This document shows positions 1-9,098 of a stretch of 64,000 nt of DNA, in pieces. The notes beneath the pieces are model-generated. The model was not told the origin of the DNA and ran no database searches. It saw only the letters and a program-made list of their open reading frames with translations. Position numbers and translations under genes: made by a program. Within the stretch, counting starts at the first letter, position 1, and each line of letters starts with the position of its first letter. The stretch comes from Patescibacteria group bacterium (GTDB lineage: Bacteria; Patescibacteriota; UBA1384; XYA2-FULL-43-10; 1-14-0-10-43-13), in NCBI GenBank assembly GCA_041666325.1, contig JBAYHC010000001.1:265708-329707 (forward strand). The letters run 5' to 3'.

Positions 1-569
1 GAGGCGAGGCGTTGCATGGCCGTGGCCATGATTCGCTTTACCTTATCATCGACGTTATCTTTAACATATTTATCAACTTCCCTAAGTTTTTTGACTATCT
101 CCTCCTTACCTTCGCGCTCAATTAAGTCCATCAGAACCTTTTTGGCCTCATCCTTCGTCATTTTGGCGATACGCTCAAGACTCTCCTCCTGCTTCTTGCG
201 AAGATCACGGAGAACGGTCTTAATCTCCTCGATCTGCTTCTCTTTGACTTGTAGATCCTTTTGGTTCTTGCCTAGCTCTTCGAAACGAACATCGATCGAA
301 AGCTCGCGCTTACGCAAGTCCATCTCTGTTTTTTCGAGGTACTTTTCCTTTTCATTGAGCTCCTTGCCAGCTCTCTCCCTCTCCTTCATGGCCTCTGACT
401 GTGCTGCTAACAATACCTCTTTTTCCTTGGTTTTGGCTCGCTCCAAGATCTTCTCGGCCTGAAGCTTTGCATCTGATATCTTCTTAATAGAGAGAACTTG
501 GAAAATAAAATAGCCGAAAACCCCACCAAGCAAAAAGCCGGCGATGATCAATAGACCCGTTAGTAGCAT
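1..569 (-). CDS. rny: Ribonuclease Y, N-terminal part (runs off window start)
   Basis: Manual translation MLLTGLLIIAGFLLGGVFGYFIF...LERIAKMTKDEAKKVL...IMATAMQRLAS shows an N-terminal TM helix plus the coiled coil typical of RNase Y; SD GAAAGG upstream. Not in the ORF track. Confidence 0.9.
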   Translation of the reverse strand, partial: MLLTGLLIIAGFLLGGVFGYFIFQVLSIKKISDAKLQAEKILERAKTKEKEVLLAAQSEAMKERERAGKELNEKEKYLEKTEMDLRKRELSIDVRFEELGKNQKDLQVKEKQIEEIKTVLRDLRKKQEESLERIAKMTKDEAKKVLMDLIEREGKEEIVKKLREVDKYVKDNVDDKVKRIMATAMQRLA

Positions 570-590
570 ACATTCCTTTCATAGACCCAA

Positions 591-723
591 GTATCATGAT
601 TTCTCAGCAAAAAGTTCCCATCCAAAGTAGTTCACGTAAGCGCAATTTGGGTAACCAAAAATTAATCCGGAAAGATTAACCTGCGTTCTTCTGAGATAGG
701 GAGCTGATTTTTATTCATGATGC
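591..723. ncRNA. Candidate structured RNA upstream of rny (possible 6S RNA)
   Basis: Nested complementary segments GTATCATGA/TCATGATGC, AGTTCCCATC/GATAGGGAGCT and AGCGCA/TGCGTT, plus two apical hairpins. Strand is ambiguous. Confidence 0.4.
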
Positions 724-833
724 GATTTATTGGGAATTTCAATTAATTAAATACAAATTACATGAATTATACTATCTTGCGAAATAAATAGCAACAAGAC
801 ATTAATTATCCAGCGTGTTGGCTCCTAATAACC

Positions 834-866
834 AAAAAGAATTTCAGGCAAGCTGAAATTCTTTTT
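834..866. terminator. Intrinsic terminator after tRNA-Lys/Glu
   Basis: AAAAAGAATTTCAG-GCAAG-CTGAAATTCTTTTT perfect inverted repeat. Confidence 0.75.
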
Positions 867-940
867 GGTAGCGCCAAAGGGAGTCGAACCCTTCTTACCA
901 CATTGAAAGCGTGGTGTCCTAACCGATAGACGATGGCGCC
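866..940 (-). tRNA. tRNA-Glu(TTC)
   Basis: Cloverleaf GGCGCCA...CCACG-CTTTCAA-TGTGG...GGTTCGACTCC...ACCA. Confidence 0.97.
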
Positions 941-941
941 A

Positions 942-1016
942 TGGTGGATCGCCTGAGACTCGAACTCAGAACCAATGGCTTAAGAGGCCACTGCTCTACC
1001 ATTGAGCTAGCGATCC
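942..1016 (-). tRNA. tRNA-Lys(CTT)
   Basis: Cloverleaf GGATCGC...GTGGC-CTCTTAA-GCCAT...GTTCGAGTC...ACCA. Confidence 0.97.
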
Positions 1017-1029
1017 AAATATGTTACGA

Positions 1030-1070
1030 CACTGCTCTACCTCCGCCAACTGGCGGAGAGCTAGCGATCC
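1030..1070 (-). pseudogene. Duplicated 5' third of tRNA-Lys with a hairpin replacing part of the D-loop
   Basis: GGATCGCTAGCTC-[TCCGCCAGTTGGCGGA]-GGTAGAGCAGTG versus the real tRNA GGATCGCTAGCTC-AAT-GGTAGAGCAGTG. Confidence 0.85.
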
Positions 1071-1211
1071 ACACTTTTTACTTTATGAATAATACCAAAT
1101 TTATGCGAAAACAGCAAGTCTTTCTCCTTGCCGGGCACCAGTCTTGGTAACTCGCATCTGAATTGAGGTAGTAAAACGATGGTGTTTACTATTAACATCA
1201 AAGGAATCAAA

Positions 1212-1430
1212 ATGCCGCGAGGAGTAGGGGGCAAAGGCCCAGCCAATATTATGCAGCACATCGATGGAATAAATTTTCCGGCAACAAAGCAAGACATAAT
1301 CGATCAAATTGAATTAAACCGTGACAAATATCCCCATACGGATGATGTTCTTGAGATAGCCCAACAGATTCCGGGCAAAGAATACCTCTCTTCCAGCGAG
1401 ATTTTGGAAGAGGTGGGCAAAATCGAATAA
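1212..1430 (+). CDS. DUF2795 domain protein
   Basis: PANIMQHIDGINFPATKQDII...IPGKEYLSSSEI matches the DUF2795 pattern; SD AAGGA before ATG 1212. Confidence 0.8.
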   Translation: MPRGVGGKGPANIMQHIDGINFPATKQDIIDQIELNRDKYPHTDDVLEIAQQIPGKEYLSSSEILEEVGKIE

Positions 1431-1444
1431 GAAATTATTAATAC

Positions 1445-1482
1445 AAAGATAGAGAGCAATCAAAGAATGCTCTCTATCTTTT
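1445..1482. terminator. Intrinsic terminator
   Basis: AAAGATAGAGAGCA...TGCTCTCTATCTTTT. Confidence 0.75.
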
Positions 1483-1710
1483 ATGAAGCCGATCCCGACT
1501 ATTCTAACAATTTATGTGTCAAAAATATGTTGTTCTGGAAATATTATTTTCCTATCAGAATCAATCAGGCGAGTGATGTATCTAATTATCTTGGCCCGAA
1601 CTGGTATTTTCTCAAAAATCAGTCACCCATTAAGAGCTAGGCACGAACTGATTTGTGCGCAATAGTAGAGAGGGGAACAACTCTAAGCACATAGCAGGGA
1701 GGTGATAACA

Positions 1711-1896
1711 ATGGCAGAAAGAAGAATGGCCAACGGCGGCGAAATCTCAGTCAGAGAGGCAGGTCGCCGCGGCGGAAGAAGGACAAGCGAAACCCATGGC
1801 CACGAGTTTTATGAAGAGATAGGTCAAAAAGGTGGGCAACGCGTCCGAGAGTTAATTCAAAGAGGCAAAGACGCTGAAAAAGGCGGACGTCGATAA
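1711..1896 (+). CDS. GsiB/Em-like (KGG, LEA group 1-type) stress protein, copy 1
   Basis: SVREAGRRGG...HGHEFYEEIGQKGG; SD GGAGGTGA. Confidence 0.9.
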   Translation: MAERRMANGGEISVREAGRRGGRRTSETHGHEFYEEIGQKGGQRVRELIQRGKDAEKGGRR

Positions 1897-1991
1897 TCAA
1901 TAAACAAACGCTGATTCGATCATAAAATTATTGCAACAACGGTCACGTCTCCGCGAGAAATCGACCAAAAGACGGTAAGGCCAAACGAACT

Positions 1992-2031
1992 ATATAAAGT
2001 AGGGAAACCTCATCCCTGCTTTATATTTTTT
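1992..2031 (+). terminator. Intrinsic terminator
   Basis: ATATAAAGTAGGGA...TCCCTGCTTTATAT followed by a T-run. Confidence 0.65.
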
Positions 2032-2243
2032 AGAAAAGGAGTCCTTTGTCTTTTTCCAGAAAAGATAAATCGACTGTCAATATTACTTACTTTAATTCGA
2101 AACCACTTTCAAATATTCTCATCCCCTGACCCGACATATACGAATGCACTTTTATGCCTCTTTCCTGGTTACAGCCAACGATGAGCGTAAAATATAAGTG
2201 GAGGACAAAAATTATATAACCAATCAGTGGGAGGTGAATTACA

Positions 2244-2480
2244 ATGGAAAAGAGAAGCATGGAAGAAGAGAATGAAATGACCGTCCGCGAAGCCGGCGAG
2301 AAGGGCGGCAAGCGCACACGGGAGACTCACGGCCATGATTTTTACGAGGAGATCGGCAAAAAAGGTGGCGAACGTACCAGCGAGACACACGGTCACGACT
2401 TCTACGAGGAGATCGGTGAAAAAGGTGGAAAACGCGTACGCGAACTAATCGAAGAGGGCAAAGAAGCAGAAGAAAAGTAA
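2244..2480 (+). CDS. GsiB/Em-like KGG stress protein, copy 2
   Basis: MTVREAGEKGG plus two HGHDFYEEIGxKGG 20-mers; SD GGAGGTGA. Confidence 0.92.
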   Translation: MEKRSMEEENEMTVREAGEKGGKRTRETHGHDFYEEIGKKGGERTSETHGHDFYEEIGEKGGKRVRELIEEGKEAEEK

Positions 2481-2507
2481 CACCGGACACACTCAGAAAG
2501 GACTACA

Positions 2508-2693
2508 ATGAATAACGATGGCGAGATGACCGTCCGCGAAGCCGGCAAGAAGGGTGGTGAAAAAGGCGGAAAAAAGGGTGGCGAAACAACAAAACAGAGA
2601 TACGGTCACGATTTCTACGAGGAGATCGGTGAAAAAGGTGGAAAACGCGTACGCGAGCTAATCGAAGAGGGCAAAGAAGCAGAAGAAAAGTAA
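2508..2693 (+). CDS. GsiB/Em-like KGG stress protein, copy 3
   Basis: MTVREAGKKGG...YGHDFYEEIGEKGG; 3' ~90 bp nearly identical to copy 2. Confidence 0.92.
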   Translation: MNNDGEMTVREAGKKGGEKGGKKGGETTKQRYGHDFYEEIGEKGGKRVRELIEEGKEAEEK

Positions 2694-2703
2694 TAAATAA
2701 AAC

Positions 2704-2734
2704 ACTAAATGGGAGCGCAATGCTCCCATTTAGT
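2704..2734. terminator. Bidirectional terminator
   Basis: ACTAAATGGGAGC-GCAAT-GCTCCCATTTAGT between convergent genes. Confidence 0.75.
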
Positions 2735-2755
2735 TAATACATTATTTGTGATTAA

Positions 2756-3178
2756 TTAACGAAGGCCAATATTTGTCGTGGTCTTCCAGTTGTTTTGTAG
2801 CCACTTCCACTCATCGTCTGCCCAGTGCGATATACCCCTTCTCTCAAGCTCCTTTTCAACGACTCCACCTTTGTGAGGATGGAGACATCGCCTTGGCAGC
2901 GGAGAGGAAAAACCATGCGTATAGTGGCAAAGTTCATGAGCAATAGTCGCATCAATGACATACTCCGGGATCTTCTTGCTCTGAAAATGCCCATTAATCA
3001 GAATTTGTGTATCAAAGTTATTTCTTAGATCATTGCCCCCGCGACTGCAAATGCTTCCCAGTCTTTTTTTTGCTTTTCGACCAAACCTAATTTGAACATC
3101 GTTCGGCCGTGGCACATCAGGAAAGTGCCTTTCCCAAATAATCTGAAGTCTCTCCTGCAAATAGGAATCATCTCGCAC
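2756..3178 (-). CDS. SprT-like zinc metalloprotease
   Basis: TIAHELCHY (HExxH) plus downstream HPH; probable GTG start at 3178 after SD AAGGAG. Confidence 0.8.
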   Translation of the reverse strand: MRDDSYLQERLQIIWERHFPDVPRPNDVQIRFGRKAKKRLGSICSRGGNDLRNNFDTQILINGHFQSKKIPEYVIDATIAHELCHYTHGFSSPLPRRCLHPHKGGVVEKELERRGISHWADDEWKWLQNNWKTTTNIGLR

Positions 3179-3600
3179 AAACTTCTCCTTATTAATTAAA
3201 TAATATTGCAAACCCCTCGAACACTAATTTGCTGGTTTGCAAACCTGACCAGCCATCCAGAGAAAAATACTGCTTCAAATATATCACGACACCTTTTTGC
3301 CGGGCCTATTCCTGCCGCAGAAAAGCTTTGCTTGCCACAATATTCGGTCTCTATTTTTTTACTCTCCACAAGCAGGGTATTTTAAACATTTTTTTCAGCT
3401 CCTGCAAACCAATTTTTATATAGCTAAAGAGGGAACAAAGCACCTGCCAATGCAAGAAACCCTTAAAAGAAATGTTTGATTTATTACCATGACAAATGCA
3501 TTACTCGAGCCTGGCTTGCGCACAATAGCAGTATTACAGCTGCACGATCCAATTTGTTGCTATAATCTAAGAGGAAAGCAACTTAATATTTATTGAACAA

Positions 3601-3903
3601 ATGATAACAGCAGAAGACATTGAAAGATTGCGAATTGAGATTATCAAGCCATCTTCGGGCGAAATTACACTTGCTGACCTTGCAGCTAGAGTAATTAACA
3701 TACTCCTGATACTCGTTGGAGTTCTCGCCTTTATCTATCTCATCTATGCCGGAATACTATATATAACCTCAGCAACCAATCCTGACCAAGCACAGAAGGC
3801 ACAAAAAGCAGTTATCAACGTAATTGTTGGTATAATCGTAGTCGCCCTCGCATACACAATAGTTCGTTTAGCAGCATCGTTCGCTGCGCGGCTTGGCTTC
3901 TAG
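3601..3903 (+). CDS. TrbC/VirB2-like pilin (CPR-type)
   Basis: Two TM helices flanking YAGILYITSATNPDQAQKAQKAVINVIVGIIV; extended -10 TGCTATAAT upstream. Confidence 0.8.
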   Translation: MITAEDIERLRIEIIKPSSGEITLADLAARVINILLILVGVLAFIYLIYAGILYITSATNPDQAQKAQKAVINVIVGIIVVALAYTIVRLAASFAARLGF

Positions 3904-3966
3904 CTAAACACGCCGCATCACTAAAAAACCGCCCACCTTTTGGAGCGATTTTTTAGGAATGTATTC

Positions 3967-4239
3967 CTATTTTTCTTCCTTTTCCTGCTCGGCCTCTTTG
4001 CCTTCTTCGATTAGTTCACGTACGCGCTGTCCGCCTTTCTCTCCACCCTTTTTGCCAATTTCCTCGTAGAAGTCGTGACCGTGTGTCTCGCTGGTACGTT
4101 CGCCACCTTTTTCACCGATCTCCTCGTAGAATTCATGGCCATATTTTTCGCTTGTTGTTTCACCACCCTTTTTACCAGCTTCACGGACGGTCATCTCGCC
4201 ATCTTCCATCTCCTCGCGCTCTTTTTCGTCTCGGTCCAT
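3967..4239 (-). CDS. GsiB/Em-like KGG stress protein, copy 4
   Basis: MTVREAGKKGG, two GHxFYEEIGxKGG units; SD GAGGAGG. Confidence 0.92.
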   Translation of the reverse strand: MDRDEKEREEMEDGEMTVREAGKKGGETTSEKYGHEFYEEIGEKGGERTSETHGHDFYEEIGKKGGEKGGQRVRELIEEGKEAEQEKEEK

Positions 4240-4451
4240 GTGGGCCTCCTCGAGTCGATTACAAGGTTAAATTTTGGAAGATACGCCCAAAAGCGTCTCT
4301 CTTCCCTTCCCCTTCTCGTTCTCATAGTAACATCAAGCGGATGACTACACCCGATTAAATTTGAAAAAATTATCTTGCCCACACAACCAAAATTTAAAGC
4401 CAGAATACAAGTTGTTTTTTGCGTTTATCGGAATCAATAACTTTGAAAAAA

Positions 4452-5684
4452 CTAGTATGGTCTCGCCAAGCGCATCGAACGAACCTGTCCCGTGGCATAG
4501 CCTCGACCATCACCCAATGGGTCATGCATTATATATTTACCACCGACCTTGTCCTTGATAACAATGAAGTGCGAAGAACCATCATTATTGATTGCGCCAA
4601 CATCTGGTAAATAAATACTAACTATAACTGGCTGGCCGGTAGCAATCTCCCTATCCACCACACTCCAGTCAATTGACTGGTTTGAGGTCACATTGATTCC
4701 AATTCCAGGAGGAGAAGAAACCATCAGCGCCCCACTACCACTAAAGATTGCTCCATTCGAGGCGATAGTATTTGGTGTAGTCCCATTGCCATAATATTTT
4801 GCAACCATCGCTATTGATGTGATCAGGCACCCGTATTGGTTGATGGTATAGGGAGAGTTGCCTAATCGAGCAAAGTTGCCGGCCTGGGAATAATACCAAC
4901 TTGGGTCATTCGAGGACACAATCTGGTCACCCCACGACCGAGTCACTACAAGAGAGCTGATCCTATTGTCGATCTCAGACATCTTGTCCCTGGCCTCTTG
5001 CTCTTGATGCCTTAGATCAGCGATAGTATTGTGCGTATCGCTAAGAAGTCTATCCTTCAGAGCTCGATCATTCTCTAGGTTTTTCCTGGCACTCTCTTGA
5101 TCATTTCGCAAGCTCTCAAAAATCTCCCTCTGACTCTCCTGTTCGTTACGTTGTCTGATTAAACTTTCTTTCACTTGGCTAATCTTGGCTTGAATCTCCT
5201 CAATCTGCCGTTTGACTGAACCATACTGCTCTTGTGTATCGACAGCGTCGGAAATATTTTCCGAGCCCATCAGGGTCCGAAGCAAACCATCGTCGCCCTC
5301 CATATACCAAGAAGAGACAACTCGCGCCATCTTAACTTTCTCCTGAGCCAGATTGTCCTCTTCGACCCTAACTTTAGCTCCGATATCGTCAATGTTGTTG
5401 CGTACGCGATTGATTTTCTGGTCAGTTGTCGCGATAGCCTTCTCGGTTTGAAAAATCCTGCTGTTGATGATCGCCATGTCGTACTCAATTGCACGTGCTT
5501 GCGACTCTTTTTCGGCCGCCTGTCTCCTCGCCTCCTCGGCTGCTTGCAGATACTGACTACGTTGCTGACGCAGAACGCTTTGACTCTCCGCCATAGCAAC
5601 GTATGGTATGACAATTTGTGATAAAACAGTCATAATGATCAACAGTCGAACAAAAAAACCTATTCCCTTAGAATACTTCTTCAT
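4452..5684 (-). CDS. Secreted coiled-coil protein with C-terminal C39-like cysteine peptidase domain
   Basis: Signal peptide, PcsB/CwlO-like coiled coil, then YYSQ...YGCLITS...SHFIVI...HDP (Q/C/H/D). Confidence 0.8.
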   Translation of the reverse strand: MKKYSKGIGFFVRLLIIMTVLSQIVIPYVAMAESQSVLRQQRSQYLQAAEEARRQAAEKESQARAIEYDMAIINSRIFQTEKAIATTDQKINRVRNNIDDIGAKVRVEEDNLAQEKVKMARVVSSWYMEGDDGLLRTLMGSENISDAVDTQEQYGSVKRQIEEIQAKISQVKESLIRQRNEQESQREIFESLRNDQESARKNLENDRALKDRLLSDTHNTIADLRHQEQEARDKMSEIDNRISSLVVTRSWGDQIVSSNDPSWYYSQAGNFARLGNSPYTINQYGCLITSIAMVAKYYGNGTTPNTIASNGAIFSGSGALMVSSPPGIGINVTSNQSIDWSVVDREIATGQPVIVSIYLPDVGAINNDGSSHFIVIKDKVGGKYIMHDPLGDGRGYATGQVRSMRLARPY

Positions 5685-5903
5685 AGTGCCTAAGCAATTT
5701 CTCCTTCTTGACCCTACTGACTAAGCAGGACCACTAATAGAGCATTACAAATGAGGATTATACTACACTTTAGGCACGATCGAGGACACACCAAGACAGC
5801 CCACCCGAATCATGAGCCTGTGCGAGATCAATTGATTGTTTTCGCGATTTTATTCAATCGGGAGCAATCTATCTGCGTAACGTAAATAACAATTAATTTT
5901 TTT

Positions 5904-6554
5904 TCACTGGTCAGAGACATAATTTTTCATAATTGCCACTACCTCTTCATCAGAAACCTGATTGAATTCTTCATAATAGGCACCGACTGCCTCTAGAAAT
6001 GAATCTGGAGCCAAAAGAGTGATGAGTTCCTCAGTTTGACTCCGAATAAGTTCAACAATATCAGGCGACAAAACCGGCACGGCCACAACAATCTTCTTTG
6101 GCCTTTGATCTTTGATCTCCTCGATAGCAGCAAGCATTGTCAGACCGGTAGCAATTCCGTCATCAACAATAATAGCAATCTTGTCCTTAGCTGACACAGG
6201 TGGGCGGCCCCCGAGATACAGTTCTCTGCGCCTCCCTATCTCAAACTTATGTCGTTCAATCTCCCTCTCTAGCCAACCGTCATTAACATCATAGAACTTT
6301 AGCGTGTCGCCAACCTTATGGCCGCTTTCCGATATCGCACCGATAGCGAACTCCGGATTAAACGGATGACCAATTTTTCGAACGAAAATAAGGTCGAGAG
6401 GTAATCCTAGATGCTTGGCAACTTCATCTGCCACAATCACGCCCCCGCGAGGAAGCCCGTATACAACCGCATCCATACCCCTATACTTCTCAAGCTTGTC
6501 CGCCAGCTTTTGTCCTACCTCTTGTCTATTTTTAAATCGGGTATTCGTGTCCAT
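5904..6554 (-). CDS. Phosphoribosyltransferase family protein
   Basis: GLPRGGV, RKIGHPFNPEFAIGA, PRPP loop IIVDDGIATG, AVGAYYEEFNQVSDEEV; start may extend to 6581. Confidence 0.88.
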   Translation of the reverse strand: MDTNTRFKNRQEVGQKLADKLEKYRGMDAVVYGLPRGGVIVADEVAKHLGLPLDLIFVRKIGHPFNPEFAIGAISESGHKVGDTLKFYDVNDGWLEREIERHKFEIGRRRELYLGGRPPVSAKDKIAIIVDDGIATGLTMLAAIEEIKDQRPKKIVVAVPVLSPDIVELIRSQTEELITLLAPDSFLEAVGAYYEEFNQVSDEEVVAIMKNYVSDQ

Positions 6555-6661
6555 CTCCTCCCTGCCGGTGTATTCTAGCACTCAACTGTAACACGATACC
6601 CACTCTTTTCAATTGGCTATTCTCAACAAAAAAACGCCATCACGAAGATGGAGTTAATTTG

Positions 6662-6737
<76 letters not shown>

Positions 6738-6738
6738 C

Positions 6739-6815
6739 TGGTACCTCCAGAGGGATTCGAACCCCCGACTTCCACGTCCGAAGCGTGGCGCTCTAATCCA
6801 CTGAGCTATGGAGGC
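6739..6815 (-). tRNA. tRNA-Arg(TCG)
   Basis: GCCTCCA...CCACG-CTTCGGA-CGTGG...GGTTCGAATCC...ACCA. Confidence 0.95.
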
Positions 6816-6914
6816 ATGTCGACCAAGCTTGCTCAAAAACCAGGTTTAACTATAACAAAATTTCCCCTCGAGAACAACCCCGGCCAGTATTTTATGTTTT
6901 AAATACAGGCAGCC

Positions 6915-7844
6915 TTACTCCTTGCCACCCTTTCCGTCTGCTCGAAAATCTTCATCAGACAACTTCGGGGTTCCCTTGTATACAGAGTCAAGCAAAGCAG
7001 GAAGTGCTCCAGCCCGTTCTGCCCTTTCGATTGCTTCGTGCGTGATAATCTCTCCGGTGTTCAAGATAATTTCGTCGCTTTCGCTATAGATCACTCTTGT
7101 TGTTGGTCTGCCGAGAGCGTCATTGATGCGCCGCCTACGAGCCTCATCGCTTGTCCTACTCCAGATACTGCCAGCGCTCTGCTTTATTTGATCCCAAGCA
7201 CTGGAAGCACTCTCCTTCATACTGCTCCCGGTTCCTCCCTCTCTGTACTCATGCGCATACTGCTTGGTTTTTTCCTTGGTTTTTTGAATCATCTCCCCCG
7301 TCTTCGATTTGGCCTGCTCAAACACACCCATTGCCCCACCAACTTGCTCCTCGATAATGCTGGCCGTGTCAGCCGGAACAAAAACTACATCTTGGCCAAC
7401 TTTGGTTAACTTTGGCGCAGGAACGAATGACCTACCTTTATAGATATCAGAGAATAGTCCTCCCATCACATCAAAGCCTTCCGATTTTCCACTCTTCTCA
7501 TCGAAAGCTATATCTGTAATAACCCCTAGCTCCTTGCCATCTTCGGTAACAACGCGCTTACCCCGCACATCATACTCTTTGCTGAGTAATGCCTCGATCT
7601 TTGGATGCTTGCCGGCAGCAACAACATCATTTTTGCTGGCAATTGTAACAGCGCTTGGTCCTATCGCCTCTATCTTCTCGAAGGGCACGATCTTAGCCTG
7701 AGCAAAAAGGCTGCCGCCTTCAGCAAGCAGGGCGATTATTCGGCAAGACTCAGGATCAAAAACAACATCGTCTATACGATAAATAATCTTTCCATCATCA
7801 CGAGTGATGATGGGTTTGTTAATTAATTCTTTGGATCGCATCAT
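6915..7844 (-). CDS. PRC-barrel domain protein (two barrels plus hydrophilic helical linker)
   Basis: RSKELINKPII...IDDVVFDP and GKRVVTEDGKELGVITDIAFDEKSG; SD AAGGAGG. Confidence 0.85.
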   Translation of the reverse strand: MMRSKELINKPIITRDDGKIIYRIDDVVFDPESCRIIALLAEGGSLFAQAKIVPFEKIEAIGPSAVTIASKNDVVAAGKHPKIEALLSKEYDVRGKRVVTEDGKELGVITDIAFDEKSGKSEGFDVMGGLFSDIYKGRSFVPAPKLTKVGQDVVFVPADTASIIEEQVGGAMGVFEQAKSKTGEMIQKTKEKTKQYAHEYREGGTGSSMKESASSAWDQIKQSAGSIWSRTSDEARRRRINDALGRPTTRVIYSESDEIILNTGEIITHEAIERAERAGALPALLDSVYKGTPKLSDEDFRADGKGGKE

Positions 7845-8138
7845 CTTTCCTCCTTTCTCTTGTATCTTACGTCTGCGAGATCAACTGTAAAGTCGTTCAA
7901 ATGGCCGGACTTTTCATTCGACTGATTTCCGGGCTATAATTGACATTGTGATGGTTTTTAGGTAATATGAAATCGGTAATGGGCGTGAATTTATGAAGGA
8001 TAAATTCCGATGGATGATAGCGAGTTGTTTTTTAAACTCCTTATTTTGGTGGAAAATCCTATGCTCTATATCTAGATCCGGTTATACGAAATATATTTAC
8101 GCTTAGACATCGGATATTGAGAAGGATTTTTTTAATTT

Positions 8139-8215
8139 CGGGGTGTGGCTCAGTTGGCTAGAGCACCGCGTTTGGGACGCGGGGGTCGTCGGTTCGAGTC
8201 CGACCACCCCGACCA
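8139..8215 (+). tRNA. tRNA-Pro(TGG)
   Basis: CGGGGTG...CCGCG-TTTGGGA-CGCGG...GGTTCGAGTCC...ACCA. Confidence 0.97.
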
Positions 8216-8245
8216 GATTGTTTTCCCAAAATTGATATAAAATGT

Positions 8246-8320
8246 GCGGGTATCGTATAGCGGCTATTATGCGACCCTTCCAAGGTTGAGATGCGGGTCC
8301 GACTCCCGCTACCCGCTCCA
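8246..8320 (+). tRNA. tRNA-Gly(TCC)
   Basis: GCGGGTA...CGACC-CTTCCAA-GGTTG...GGTCCGACTCC...TCCA. Confidence 0.95.
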
Positions 8321-8354
8321 TCCAACTACGCTTAAAGCTACATTGGACAAGTAT

Positions 8355-8430
8355 GGCGGCCATGGTGAAGTGGTTATCACGGCAGTTTGTGGCACTGCAG
8401 TCATGGGTTCAATTCCCGTTGGCCGCCCCA
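8355..8430 (+). tRNA. tRNA-His(GTG)
   Basis: G-1 encoded, GCAGT-TTGTGGC-ACTGC, CCCA end. Confidence 0.96.
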
Positions 8431-8466
8431 TAAGAAAGAGACGGATTTACGCCGTCTTTTTCTTAT
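8431..8466 (+). terminator. Terminator after tRNA cluster
   Basis: TAAGAAAGAGACGG-ATTTACG-CCGTCTTTTTCTTA. Confidence 0.7.
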
Positions 8467-8615
8467 GGATTAAGTATCAACGAGGAAGCCAAACTATCAT
8501 ATTCCCGCTGTACCCTTCCGAAGCGAAGATTCACCTCTCGAAACTGGAAGATTCGAGGCAAAAGAGAGCAAAGGAGGGTTGGCTGCCTCATAAGAAAAGG
8601 CGCAAAATATTGCGC

Positions 8616-9098
8616 CTACGGCTTCTCAACTACAATACTGAGCTTTGTTTCCTCGCCAAACCAAGTTACACCCTCTTTAACCATTTGTAAGTTCAGGTCG
8701 TATTGCCCCGGTTTAGATGGGGACAGAAGATCAAATGTTATTTCCCAGCTTTTCCCGCTGCAAATTGGGCACTCCGGCACAACAAGTCGATTCTTGCCAC
8801 CAATGAAGCAAAAGTCTGATAACTCGCGACTAAGAAGGAACCGATCAAATACACCCAGAGCCACATAGTGTTCTTCCTTGCGCCAATCATCACTACCCAT
8901 GTTCTTGACGATAATCTTGCATCTAAATGGCTTCCCAGCTTCAACTATTGTCGGCACCGTCAGGCTGATTACGCTGGCCCTAAGGTTTCCCTCCGCTTCA
9001 ACCTTACGATAATGAAGCAAGTGAAACAGATCGGGGCCAGCATACGCTACAATCGGAGCAACAACAGCCAGAAGCAACACAAGAACAACTCTTCTCAT
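8616..9098 (-). CDS. Exported protein with Ig-like (NBR1-Ig-type) domain
   Basis: Start MRRVVLVLLL after SD GGAGG; VKNMGSDDW...PSKPGQYDLNLQMVKEGVTWFGE. Confidence 0.65.
   Translation of the reverse strand: MRRVVLVLLLAVVAPIVAYAGPDLFHLLHYRKVEAEGNLRASVISLTVPTIVEAGKPFRCKIIVKNMGSDDWRKEEHYVALGVFDRFLLSRELSDFCFIGGKNRLVVPECPICSGKSWEITFDLLSPSKPGQYDLNLQMVKEGVTWFGEETKLSIVVEKP

Noticed and set aside
16-462. 148-aa + strand ORF and the many other short antisense ORFs
   Set aside because: They are shadows of well-supported genes on the opposite strand (here rny).
3200-3480. Short ORFs between the SprT-like gene and the pilin
   Set aside because: Several overlapping 57-64 aa frames with no motif or convincing SD.
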